The position numbers and the translations under genes are program-made. Below, piece after piece: positions 46,457 through 56,746 of a DNA stretch of 64,000 nucleotides (its first letter is position 1; each line of letters opens with the position of its first letter). The notes under the pieces are model-generated. The model saw only the letters and a program-made list of their open reading frames with translations, had not been told where the DNA came from and did no database searches. The DNA comes from Dehalococcoidia bacterium (GTDB lineage Bacteria > Chloroflexota > Dehalococcoidia > Lucifugimonadales > UBA3495), in assembly GCA_965232815.1 (NCBI GenBank), contig OZ247427.1:529970-593969 (forward strand), given 5' to 3'.

Positions 46457-48487
46457 ATGCTGTACCAGCGCTACCGCTACTCCCAGTGGGATGGCACCCA
46501 GCAGATTTTCGACATCGACGCCAGTGAGTTGATGGACGCGCTGTCGGACGACCTGCTGCAACACGGCGACCTGTCCCGAGCTTTGCGCGACCTGTTCCGC
46601 AACGGCATGCAGAACCGCGAAGGTTCCCAGATGCCCAACCTGCGGCAACTTATGGAACAGCTCAAGCAACAGCGCCGCCAGCAGTTGCAGCAGAGCAACC
46701 TTGACTCCGTGGTGGACGACCTCAAGGATCGGCTCGACAACATACTGCGCACCGAACGCGAGGGCATCCAGCGGCGGCTGGACGAGGCAGCGGCCCAGCC
46801 CGAACCGGAGGACATGGACGGCAAGGAGCAGCAGCGCGCGCTGAACCGCCTGTTGCAGGAACGCGCCCAGCGCAACCTGGACAAATTGGACGCCCTGCCC
46901 GACGGCATCGGCGGCCAGATCCAGGAACTCATGGAATACGACTTCATGGACCCGGACGCCCAGCAGCAGTTCCAGGAATTGCTGGACATGCTGAAGAGCC
47001 AGATGGCGCAGAACGTGTCCGATCAGATGCGCGAACAGATGCAGAACATGACGCCGGAGCAGATGGAGGCCATGCGCGATATGATGCGCGACCTCAATCA
47101 GATGCTTCGCGACCGCATGGAGGGTCGCGACCCGGGCTTCGAGCAGTTCATGCAGAAGTGGGGGCCGATGTTCGGCGACAACCCGCCGCAGAGCCTGGAC
47201 GAGTTGATGGAGCGCATCCAGCAGCAGATGGCGCAGATGCAATCGCTCATGGACAGCCTGTCACCGGAAGCGCGCCGCGAGTTGGAAGACGCCATGCAGT
47301 CGGCCATGGACCCGCGCCTGATGGACGAAATGTCCGAATTCGCCAGTCTGATGCAGTCCCTAATGCCGCCTGACGATCTGGCTCGCCAGTACCCGTTCCT
47401 CGGCGACGACAGCATGACGCTGGAGCAGGCCATGGAGGCCATGCAGCAGATGCAGTCGCTGGACCAGCTTGAGCAGTCATTGCAGCAGGCCATGCGCACC
47501 GGCAACCTTGACGACGTCGACCCGGACCAACTGGCCGAGTTGCTAGGCGACGAGGCTCGCCGCGCCTGGGAGGAAATGGACCGGCTGCGCCAGATGCTCA
47601 AGGACGCCGGCTACATCACCGGCGACGACGATTTGTCCCTCACCGCGCGAGGCATTCGCCGCATCGGCCAGAAGGCCATGCGCGAGGTGTTCCAGCACCT
47701 GAAAAAGGACCGCATCGGGAACCACGAACTGGATTCTCGCGGCGCCGGCGGCGACCTGCTGGGCGACACCAAGACCTACGAGTTCGGCGACCCGTTGCAG
47801 TTGGACCTGCAAGCCACGGTGAAAAACGCCATCGTTCGGGGTGGGCCACAGGTGCCGGTGCAACTGCGTCCGGACGACTTCGAGATCTACCGCAACGAAC
47901 ACATGACTCGGACGGCCACCATCGTTCTGCTCGACCAGAGCCGCTCAATGGGTCTGTTCAACAACTGGGCGGCCGCCAAAAAGGTGACGCTGGCCCTGTT
48001 CGCCCTGATTCAGCAGCAGTATCCGCGGGATACCCTGCATGTCGTTGGCTTTTCCGATTACGCGCGGGAGATTGACGAGGAGGACCTGGCCGGGCTGACC
48101 TGGAACAACTGGGTGTCCGGCACCAACCTGCACCATGCTCTCATGCTGTCCCGCAAGCTCCTGTCCCGCGAGAAGGGCGGCACCCGCCAAATCCTGGTGA
48201 TCACCGACGGCGAACCCACCGCGCACCTCGAGGGCGACCAATCCTATTTCGCCTACCCACCCAGCTACCGCACCGAGCTTGAAACCCTGAAAGAAGTGCG
48301 ACGCTGCACCCAGGAAGGCATCGTCATCAACACCTTCATGTTGGAAAACAACTACCAACTGGTGAACTTCGTGGATCGCATGACGCGCATCAACCGGGGC
48401 CGGGCTTTCTACAGCAGCAGCGAGAACCTGGGCGAGTATGTGCTGGTCGACTACATCAACAACCGCCGCAAGCGGGTGACCGGCTGA
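46457..48487 (+). CDS. VWA domain protein with long Gln/Met-rich helical region
   Basis: RYRYSQWDGTQ N-terminus; MIDAS DQSRS, TNLHHAL, ITDGEPTAH; GGAGG RBS. Confidence 0.87.
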   Translation: MLYQRYRYSQWDGTQQIFDIDASELMDALSDDLLQHGDLSRALRDLFRNGMQNREGSQMPNLRQLMEQLKQQRRQQLQQSNLDSVVDDLKDRLDNILRTEREGIQRRLDEAAAQPEPEDMDGKEQQRALNRLLQERAQRNLDKLDALPDGIGGQIQELMEYDFMDPDAQQQFQELLDMLKSQMAQNVSDQMREQMQNMTPEQMEAMRDMMRDLNQMLRDRMEGRDPGFEQFMQKWGPMFGDNPPQSLDELMERIQQQMAQMQSLMDSLSPEARRELEDAMQSAMDPRLMDEMSEFASLMQSLMPPDDLARQYPFLGDDSMTLEQAMEAMQQMQSLDQLEQSLQQAMRTGNLDDVDPDQLAELLGDEARRAWEEMDRLRQMLKDAGYITGDDDLSLTARGIRRIGQKAMREVFQHLKKDRIGNHELDSRGAGGDLLGDTKTYEFGDPLQLDLQATVKNAIVRGGPQVPVQLRPDDFEIYRNEHMTRTATIVLLDQSRSMGLFNNWAAAKKVTLALFALIQQQYPRDTLHVVGFSDYAREIDEEDLAGLTWNNWVSGTNLHHALMLSRKLLSREKGGTRQILVITDGEPTAHLEGDQSYFAYPPSYRTELETLKEVRRCTQEGIVINTFMLENNYQLVNFVDRMTRINRGRAFYSSSENLGEYVLVDYINNRRKRVTG

Positions 48488-48588
48488 TCGGGATTACGCA
48501 ATTCGCAGTCCGATTTACGAAATCGGTTAACAGGCTATTCCCAAACCGTCTCGCCAGTGTTAACATAGAGTAACGAAAACAATACGCT

Positions 48589-49309
<721 letters not shown>

Positions 49310-49313
49310 CCTC

Positions 49314-50348
49314 ATGGTAGCTACCACATCCAACGAACCTGAGGTTTTCCCGGGCAACGCCGCCCAGGTGCCGGTTCTGCGCCGGCATGTGCTCGACCTT
49401 GACGATTTCACCGCCGAGGAAATCACGGCGACCCTCGACAACGCCGCGGCCATGCTCGCCGTGTTGGAGCGAGACGTCAAGAAAGTTCCAGCCCTGCGCG
49501 GGCGCGTGATCGTCACCCTGTTCTACGAGGCCAGCACCCGGACGCGCATCTCGTTCGAGGAGGCCGGCAAGATCCTCAGCGCCGACGTGATCAACATGAC
49601 CGCGTCCGCCAGCAGCATCGAAAAGGGCGAATCGCTGCTCAACACCGGCCTGACCCTGCAGGCCATGGGCGTCGACGTGATTGTGGTGCGCCATCCCCAC
49701 TCCGGCGCGCCTCATTTCCTGGCCCGCAACCTCAACAACGTTGCCGTGATCAACGCCGGCGACGGGGCACACGCGCACCCGACGCAGGGCCTGCTGGACC
49801 TCTACACCGCTCGCGACCACCTGGGCGAACTCGCCGGTCGCAAAGTGGTGATTGTCGGCGACGTGCTGCACAGCCGGGTTGCCCGCTCCGCCGTCTGGGG
49901 ATTCGCCAAAGCCGGCTCCCATGTCGTCCTGTCCGGCCCGCCCACGCTGATGCCCGATCCGGTCGCGCCGGGCGGTTGGGGCTCCGCAGGCCACAACGGC
50001 GTCGAGAATCCTCTGGCGAACGTGACCGTGGATACCAACCTGGACACCGCCATTGAGGGCGCGGACCTGGTGATGGCGCTGCGTTTGCAGTCGGAACGGC
50101 AGCAGCGCGGCTTTTTCCCCAGCCTGCGTGAGTACATCCGCCGGTGGCAGGTCAACGATGCGCGCATGGCCCACGCCAACCCTGACGCTCTCCTGATGCA
50201 CCCGGGCCCAATGAACGAGGGTATCGAAGTAAGCAGCAGCCAGGCCCACGGCGATCGCTCGCTGATCGAGGAACAGGTCACCAACGGCGTGGCGATCCGC
50301 ATGGCCTTGCTGTACCAACTGGCCGGGGCAGCCATGGGCGAGAACTAA
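49314..50348 (+). CDS. pyrB: Aspartate carbamoyltransferase
   Basis: FYEASTRTR.SF, HPTQGLLD, HSRVARS, RLQSER, MHPGP.N. Confidence 0.96.
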   Translation: MVATTSNEPEVFPGNAAQVPVLRRHVLDLDDFTAEEITATLDNAAAMLAVLERDVKKVPALRGRVIVTLFYEASTRTRISFEEAGKILSADVINMTASASSIEKGESLLNTGLTLQAMGVDVIVVRHPHSGAPHFLARNLNNVAVINAGDGAHAHPTQGLLDLYTARDHLGELAGRKVVIVGDVLHSRVARSAVWGFAKAGSHVVLSGPPTLMPDPVAPGGWGSAGHNGVENPLANVTVDTNLDTAIEGADLVMALRLQSERQQRGFFPSLREYIRRWQVNDARMAHANPDALLMHPGPMNEGIEVSSSQAHGDRSLIEEQVTNGVAIRMALLYQLAGAAMGEN

Positions 50349-50351
50349 GCG

Positions 50352-51731
50352 ATGGCAGATGGAAACCACAACGTCCCAATCCTGATCGCCGGCGGCCGGG
50401 TTATCGACCCCGCCAACGGACGCGACGGCGCGTTCGACGTGCTGATCGCCGACGGGATGGTCAAAGCCGTCGACCGGTCGATACCCGCCGATGGCCTGGA
50501 CCAAACGGCGCGGGTAATTGACGCGAGCGGACTCGTGGTGTCGCCTGGTTTCATCGACATCCACGTCCACCTGCGCGAGCCCGGTTACGAATACAAGGAG
50601 ACCATCGCCACCGGAGCCGAGGCAGCGGTGCGCGGCGGATTCACCACCATCTGCGCCATGCCCAACACCGATCCGGCCATCGACAACGCCGCCGTGGTGG
50701 ACTACATCGCGAATCGCGCCGCCGGCGCCCCGGCCCGCGTGCGAGTCATCGGCTGCGTCACCAAGGGTCGGAAAGGCCGCGAACTGGCTGACATGGAGGA
50801 ACTGATCATCGCCGGCGTGGTCGCGTTCAGCGACGACGGCGACCCCGTGTACGACGCCGGCCTGATGCGCCTGGCGCTGACATACAGCCGGGATCTCGGC
50901 GTTCCCATCAGCAACCACTGCGAGGACCACGAACTGTGTCCCGGCGGCGTCATGTCCGAGGGTTGGGTCAGCAGCCGCCTGGGCCTGGCCGGCATCCCGG
51001 CCGTCGCCGAGGAGGCCATGGTGGCCCGGGACATATCGCTGACCGAGTTGACCGGCGGACGCCTGCACTTGGCCCATCTCAGCACCGCCGGCAGCGTTGC
51101 CATGGTGCGGCAGGCCAAGGAACGAGGCATCGCAGTCACCGCCGAGGTGTGCCCCCATCACCTGATGCTCACCGAGGCATGGGCCCTGGGCGGCAAGGGC
51201 GACCCCAACGTCGCCGCCGGACCGATGGCCTACGATACCCACACCAAGGTGTACCCGCCGCTGCGTTCGAACACCGACGTCGCCGCCTGCGTGGCCGGGC
51301 TGGCCGACGGGACCATCGACTGCGTGGCCACCGACCACGCGCCCCACGAGCGGGTCAGCAAGGAATGCACGTACCACGAAGCGGCCTTTGGAATCAGCGT
51401 GCTGGAAACGGCGTTGGGCACCCTGATGTCCACCGTGCACTCCGGCAGCATCAGCCTGCCCACGCTGGTGGAGCGTATGACCACTGGGCCGGCCCGAGTG
51501 ATGGGCAACGGATTCGCCCAGTACGCGTCGCTCACGCCGGGCACACCGGCCGACCTCGTGCTGTTCGACCCCGACGCCGGCTGGACTGTTGACGTGAGCA
51601 AGTTTGCATCCATGGGTCGCAACACTCCGCTGGATGGCGTGACGCTGCGCGGCCGGGTCGGCGCAACCGTGGTGGGCGGACGCATCATGTTTGAGGAACC
51701 CGCCGTACTGAACAAAGGAGACGTAGCGTGA
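50352..51731 (+). CDS. pyrC: Dihydroorotase
   Basis: DIHVHLREPG, MPNT.P, NHCED, EVCPHH, ATDHAPH. Confidence 0.95.
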   Translation: MADGNHNVPILIAGGRVIDPANGRDGAFDVLIADGMVKAVDRSIPADGLDQTARVIDASGLVVSPGFIDIHVHLREPGYEYKETIATGAEAAVRGGFTTICAMPNTDPAIDNAAVVDYIANRAAGAPARVRVIGCVTKGRKGRELADMEELIIAGVVAFSDDGDPVYDAGLMRLALTYSRDLGVPISNHCEDHELCPGGVMSEGWVSSRLGLAGIPAVAEEAMVARDISLTELTGGRLHLAHLSTAGSVAMVRQAKERGIAVTAEVCPHHLMLTEAWALGGKGDPNVAAGPMAYDTHTKVYPPLRSNTDVAACVAGLADGTIDCVATDHAPHERVSKECTYHEAAFGISVLETALGTLMSTVHSGSISLPTLVERMTTGPARVMGNGFAQYASLTPGTPADLVLFDPDAGWTVDVSKFASMGRNTPLDGVTLRGRVGATVVGGRIMFEEPAVLNKGDVA

Positions 51732-52858
51732 GCAGGGTGGTGCATCTGGTCCTGGAGGACGATACGGTTTTCACCGGCGAGTCGTTTGGCGCGCAACGCG
51801 AGGGTTGGGGCGAGGTGGTGTTCAATACCACCATGACCGGCTACCAGGAGGTCCTCACCGACCCGTCCTATGCCGGCCAGATGGTCGCGCTGACCTACCC
51901 ATTGGTGGGCAATTACGGCATCAACCGCACCGATTTCGAGTCCCGCCGGATCCAGGCGTCGGCGCTCATCGTACGGCAGCACTGCGACCTGCCCAGCCAT
52001 AGCACCAGCGACATGACCCTGCATGCTTTCCTGGAAGAGTACAACGTCCCCGGCATCAGCGGCATCGACACCCGCGCGTTGACCCGCCGTCTGCGCACCA
52101 GCGGCGTGATGATGGGCCTGCTGACGTTCGACGATCCCGACACCGCGCGGCAAAAACTCGCCGACCTGCCCCGCTACGACAACCTGGACCTGGTGAGCAC
52201 CGTCACCACGCAGGACGGCTACTCGTGGGACGGCTCAGAAACCGCTGGCTACCCCACAACGCCGCCGCCAGCGGGCGCGCGTCGCATCCTGGTCACGGAC
52301 GTTGGCCTCAAATACAACATCCTGCGCCTGCTGAAGAGCCGGGGCTGCGAGGTGGTCGCGGTTCCGGCCACGACGCCAGCCGACGTGATGCTTGGCATGC
52401 AGCCCTCTGGTCTGCTGCTGTCCCCCGGCCCCGGCGATCCCGAGTTGCTGGGCAACATCGTGGACAACGTGCGACAACTGATCGGCCGCGTGCCAATCAT
52501 GGGCATCTGCCTGGGTCACCAGTTGGCCGCCAGGGCGTTGGGCGCGCGCACCTACAAGCTGAAGTTCGGGCATCGAGGCGGGAACCACCCGGTGAAAGAC
52601 CTGGAATCCGGTCGGGTGCACATCACCGCGCAGAACCACGGCTATGCTGTGGATGCCGATAATCTGCCGGCCGGTTTAGAGGTCTCCCAGATCAATCTCA
52701 ACGATAATACCGTTGAGGGTCTGCGCCATCGGGAACTGCCGCTGTTCACCATTCAATACCATTCGGAAGCGTCGCCCGGTCCCAAGGATAACGAGTACCT
52801 GTTTGACCGTTTCCTGGCCATGGTCGACGACGCCAAATCGGCAGGCCGGTCAGCGTAG
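51728..52858 (+). CDS. carA: Carbamoyl-phosphate synthase small subunit
   Basis: GEVVFNT.MTGYQE, SPGPGDP, GICLGHQ, QYHSEASPGP. Confidence 0.96.
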   Translation: MSRVVHLVLEDDTVFTGESFGAQREGWGEVVFNTTMTGYQEVLTDPSYAGQMVALTYPLVGNYGINRTDFESRRIQASALIVRQHCDLPSHSTSDMTLHAFLEEYNVPGISGIDTRALTRRLRTSGVMMGLLTFDDPDTARQKLADLPRYDNLDLVSTVTTQDGYSWDGSETAGYPTTPPPAGARRILVTDVGLKYNILRLLKSRGCEVVAVPATTPADVMLGMQPSGLLLSPGPGDPELLGNIVDNVRQLIGRVPIMGICLGHQLAARALGARTYKLKFGHRGGNHPVKDLESGRVHITAQNHGYAVDADNLPAGLEVSQINLNDNTVEGLRHRELPLFTIQYHSEASPGPKDNEYLFDRFLAMVDDAKSAGRSA

Positions 52859-52895
52859 CCGTGGCCCTCAAACACATGGAAGGGGCAAGCAGAGC

Positions 52896-53321
52896 ATGAC
52901 CGGATTCACCAGTTTTCTACTCGAGCAGGGCATCGAGACTAAATTACCCATCGGCCTGAATGACGCGTTGGGTTTGCTGGAGGAGGTGGTTCCCTCCTTT
53001 ACTCACCACGGGCGAGGCTACCTGTTGGCGGCCGTCAGCCGCGGCCAGTTGGGTTCCCGGTGGGAACTGGCCGTCAAGGTGACCGACCCTGCCACCAACG
53101 ATCCCATCGACGATCAGCCGGTCGGTTTCGTTCACGTCGCCCGGGTGTCCCCGGACACCACCGACCTGGTCATTCCGCCGCGCACTCCAGAAGGCGGCAT
53201 CGACTTCGGCCATTTCGACAGCGAGGGCGAGTTCTTCGGAGCTTTCATCTTCCAGATGATCAACGCGCTCGTCGACCGACACCTGATGGAATTGCCCGGG
53301 GCCCTGCCCCGTTTTTCGTAA
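52896..53321 (+). CDS. Hypothetical protein between carA and carB
   Basis: 141-aa ORF with host-like codon usage filling the carA-carB gap; no recognised motif. Confidence 0.7.
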   Translation: MTGFTSFLLEQGIETKLPIGLNDALGLLEEVVPSFTHHGRGYLLAAVSRGQLGSRWELAVKVTDPATNDPIDDQPVGFVHVARVSPDTTDLVIPPRTPEGGIDFGHFDSEGEFFGAFIFQMINALVDRHLMELPGALPRFS

Positions 53322-53351
53322 CTCATCGCACCCCGCAGCAAGGACACTCCA

Positions 53352-56300
53352 TTGAGCGATCTTTCCCAACAACCCCGAAAGGTTCTGGTTATCGGCTCCG
53401 GCCCCATCGTCATCGGCCAGGCCGCCGAGTTCGATTATGCCGGCACCCAGGCCTGCAAGGCCCTCCGCGAAGAGGGAGTGTCCGTCGTTCTGGTCAACTC
53501 CAACCCGGCCACCATCATGACCGACCGCGACATCGCGGACCGCGTCTACATTGAGCCGCTGACCGTCCCCGTTCTGGAGCGCATCATCGCCTCGGAACGC
53601 CCGGACGGAATTCTCCCCACGCTGGGCGGACAGACCGGCCTCAACCTGGCCGTCGATCTCGCTGACGCCGGCGTGCTGGATCGTTACGAGATCCGGCTGC
53701 TGGGTACGCCGTTGGAGACCATCCGCAAGTCGGAGGATCGCGACTATTTCCGGCAGTTCCTCACCGATATCGGGGAGCCGATGCCCCCCAACCGCACGGT
53801 GTCCAACATGGACGAAGCCCAGGCGTATCGCGCCGAGACGGGGCTTCCCCTCGTGATCCGTCCCGCCTACACGCTGGGCGGAACCGGCGGCGGCATCGCC
53901 AACACGGACGCGGAGTTCTCAGCCATTGTAGAGAGCGGACTGTCGGCCAGCCCGATCAGCCAGGTGCTGCTGGAGCGGTCTCTCGTGGGTTGGAAGGAGG
54001 TGGAGTACGAGGTCATCCGCGACGGCGCCGACAACTGCATCACCGTGTGCAACATGGAAAACCTGGATCCCATGGGCGCGCACACCGGCGACAGCATCGT
54101 GGTGGCCCCCAGCCAGACCCTGACGGACAAGGAGTACCAGATGCTCCGTACCGCCAGCCTCAAGATCATCAGGGGTCTGGGCATCGAGGGCGGCTGCAAC
54201 ATCCAACTCGCGCTGCGTCCCCATCCCGACGCCATGAAAAACAGGCCCGGAGACTGGGAAGCTGATTCGGACTACTACGTCATCGAGGTCAACCCTCGCG
54301 TCAGCCGTTCGTCCGCATTGGCCAGCAAAGCCACCGGGTATCCCATCGCGCGCGTGTCTGCAAAAATCGCCGTGGGGCGCCGTCTGGACGAAATCGCCAA
54401 CGCCGTGACCGGCAATACCGGAGCGGCATTCGAGCCGGCGCTGGACTACTGCGTCGTAAAGATACCCCGCTGGCCTTTCGACAAGTTCCCCAACGGCGAT
54501 CGCCACGTTACCACCCAGATGAAGGCCACCGGCGAGGTCATGGCCATCGATCGCAGTTTCGAGTCCGCCCTGCAGAAAGCCGCCCGCGCGCTGGAGCAGT
54601 CCAACTCATCCCTGCTCTGGGAAGACAAGGAATGGAGAGACCTGAACGTGCGGGGAGGCCGCCAACAGTTGCTGGACTCGCTCCCGCTGTACCCCAACGA
54701 CCTGCGTTTGTGGGCCCTTGCCACGTCGTTGCGACGCGGCATCACCCGCGACGAATTGGTGGCGCACACCAGCATCGACCCGTGGTTCATCGCCGCACTG
54801 GAACGCATCGTTGACCAGGAACGCCGCCTGCTCGGCAACCCATTGACCCCGGCAACGTTGCTGGCCTCCAAGCGGCTGGGATTCCCGGACCAGGAAATCG
54901 CCACCCTGTCCGGTCTGCTCCCGGAGCAGGTGCGGCAGATGCGCCAACATCACGGCATCAGGCCGGTGTTCAAGATGGTGGACACCTGCGCCGCCGAATT
55001 CGAGGCCGCCACACCCTATTACTACAGCGCCTACGACACCGAAAACGAAGCCCCGCCCCTGGAAGGTCCCAAGGCCGTCGTTATCGGCAGCGGCCCCATA
55101 CGCATCGGCCAGGGCATCGAGTTCGACTATTGCAGCGTGCATGCGGCGTGGGCATTGTCCCAGGCCGGCGTTGCCAGCATCATGGTCAACTCCAACCCCG
55201 AGACCGTGTCCACCGATTTCGACACCAGCGACCGCCTCTATTTCGAGCCATTGGACGAGGAGGCAGTCCGGGACATCATTGACAACGAGACCATCGACGA
55301 CAACCCGCCTCCCAGTCTCGTCCAGTTCGGCGGGCAGACCGCCATCAACCTGTCGCAATCTCTGGCCGCCGCCGGTCTGCCCATCCTCGGTTCCAGCGCC
55401 GAAGCCATCGACATCGCCAGCGACCGCCAGAAATTCGAGCGGTTCCTGGTGGACCTGGGAATCCCCCAACCCCCAGGCGCTACGGTCATTTCAGTCGACC
55501 AGGCCCTGCGCGTGGCCCAGCGCATCGGGTATCCGGTGGTGGTGCGGCCCAGCTACGTGCTGGGCGGCCGCGCCATGGAAATCGTCAGGAACGCCACCGA
55601 GTTGATCCGCTACCTGACCATCGCCACCGAGGTGACGCCCGAGCGCGAGGTCCTCGTTGACCATTACATGGAAGGCCGTGAGTGCGAAGTTGACGCCATC
55701 TGCGACGGCGAGCGCGTTCTGATCCCAGGCATCATGGAACACGTTGAGCGCGCCGGCGTCCACAGCGGCGATTCCATGGCCATCTACCCCGGCCTGAACC
55801 TCACCGAAGCCGAGGTGGACACCCTGGTGGACTACACCACTCGCATCGGCCTGGCCCTGGGCGTCCGAGGCCTGATGAACATCCAGTTCGTCCTCCAGGG
55901 TGGCAGCGCCTACCGCAGCCCCAGCCTCGAAACCGCCCATGACGCCGAGCCGACCACCGTGTACGTCCTCGAGGTCAACCCTCGGGGCAGCCGCACCATC
56001 CCGTTCATCTCCAAGGTCACCGGCGTGCCGGTCGCCAACTTGGCCACCCGCGTCATGCTGGACGACAAGCTGAAGGATCTTGGTTACGAAGGGGGGCTCT
56101 GGCCGCGCCAGAAGCTCGTGGGCATCAAGGCCCCCGTTTTCTCCATGTCCAAGCTGGTCGGGGTCGACTGGTACATGGGGCCCGAGATGAAATCCACCGG
56201 CGAGGTAATGGGCATCGACTGGGATTTCGCAGGCGCTCTCACCAAGGCGTTGCAGGCCGCCAGCATCAACCTGTCTCCCGGCATGGGCGTGTTGCTCAGC

Positions 56301-56687
56301 ATCTCCGACCACGCCAAGGCGGACTCGCTGCCGCTGATCCGCGGCCTCGCCGACGCCGGCTGTCAGTTGTATGCCACCGAGGGCACCGCGGCCATGATTA
56401 CGGCGATGAACCTGCCCGTGACCACCATCACGAAGCGCATCGGCGAGGGATCACCCGACGTCCTGGACGTCATCAACGACGGCACGGTCGGCGCGGTGGT
56501 CAACACACTGTCCGGCGATACGTCGGTGATGCGGGACGGCTTTTTCATCCGGCGCGCCGCGGTCGAACGGCGCATACCGTGCTTCACCTCGTTGGATACC
56601 GCCCGCGCCGCCATGGAGAGCATGCTCAGCGGCCTGGACAACTACAACATCCTCACCACCGACGAATACCTGGCAGCGTCACGTTAG
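53352..56687 (+). CDS. carB: Carbamoyl-phosphate synthase large subunit
   Basis: IGSGPIVIGQAAEFDY and GSGPIRIGQGIEFDY duplicated halves; C-terminal MGS domain. Confidence 0.97.
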   Translation: MSDLSQQPRKVLVIGSGPIVIGQAAEFDYAGTQACKALREEGVSVVLVNSNPATIMTDRDIADRVYIEPLTVPVLERIIASERPDGILPTLGGQTGLNLAVDLADAGVLDRYEIRLLGTPLETIRKSEDRDYFRQFLTDIGEPMPPNRTVSNMDEAQAYRAETGLPLVIRPAYTLGGTGGGIANTDAEFSAIVESGLSASPISQVLLERSLVGWKEVEYEVIRDGADNCITVCNMENLDPMGAHTGDSIVVAPSQTLTDKEYQMLRTASLKIIRGLGIEGGCNIQLALRPHPDAMKNRPGDWEADSDYYVIEVNPRVSRSSALASKATGYPIARVSAKIAVGRRLDEIANAVTGNTGAAFEPALDYCVVKIPRWPFDKFPNGDRHVTTQMKATGEVMAIDRSFESALQKAARALEQSNSSLLWEDKEWRDLNVRGGRQQLLDSLPLYPNDLRLWALATSLRRGITRDELVAHTSIDPWFIAALERIVDQERRLLGNPLTPATLLASKRLGFPDQEIATLSGLLPEQVRQMRQHHGIRPVFKMVDTCAAEFEAATPYYYSAYDTENEAPPLEGPKAVVIGSGPIRIGQGIEFDYCSVHAAWALSQAGVASIMVNSNPETVSTDFDTSDRLYFEPLDEEAVRDIIDNETIDDNPPPSLVQFGGQTAINLSQSLAAAGLPILGSSAEAIDIASDRQKFERFLVDLGIPQPPGATVISVDQALRVAQRIGYPVVVRPSYVLGGRAMEIVRNATELIRYLTIATEVTPEREVLVDHYMEGRECEVDAICDGERVLIPGIMEHVERAGVHSGDSMAIYPGLNLTEAEVDTLVDYTTRIGLALGVRGLMNIQFVLQGGSAYRSPSLETAHDAEPTTVYVLEVNPRGSRTIPFISKVTGVPVANLATRVMLDDKLKDLGYEGGLWPRQKLVGIKAPVFSMSKLVGVDWYMGPEMKSTGEVMGIDWDFAGALTKALQAASINLSPGMGVLLSISDHAKADSLPLIRGLADAGCQLYATEGTAAMITAMNLPVTTITKRIGEGSPDVLDVINDGTVGAVVNTLSGDTSVMRDGFFIRRAAVERRIPCFTSLDTARAAMESMLSGLDNYNILTTDEYLAASR

Positions 56688-56718
56688 AGACCCCTGCGCA
56701 CGCCAGAGGGCGTTATGC

Positions 56719-56746
56719 GTAGGGGCGAATAATCATTCGCCCTTAC
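56719..56746. repeat. GTAG-type REP palindrome, copy 3 (overlaps the stop of the OCD-family gene)
   Basis: GTAGGGGCGAATAATCATTCGCCCTTAC is the reverse complement of copy 1 with one mismatch. Confidence 0.8.

Noticed and set aside
46640-47500. Recurrent CAGCAG/ATGCAG words suggesting a repeat array
   Set aside because: They reflect Gln/Met-rich coding sequence; there is no fixed repeat-spacer period, so this is not CRISPR.
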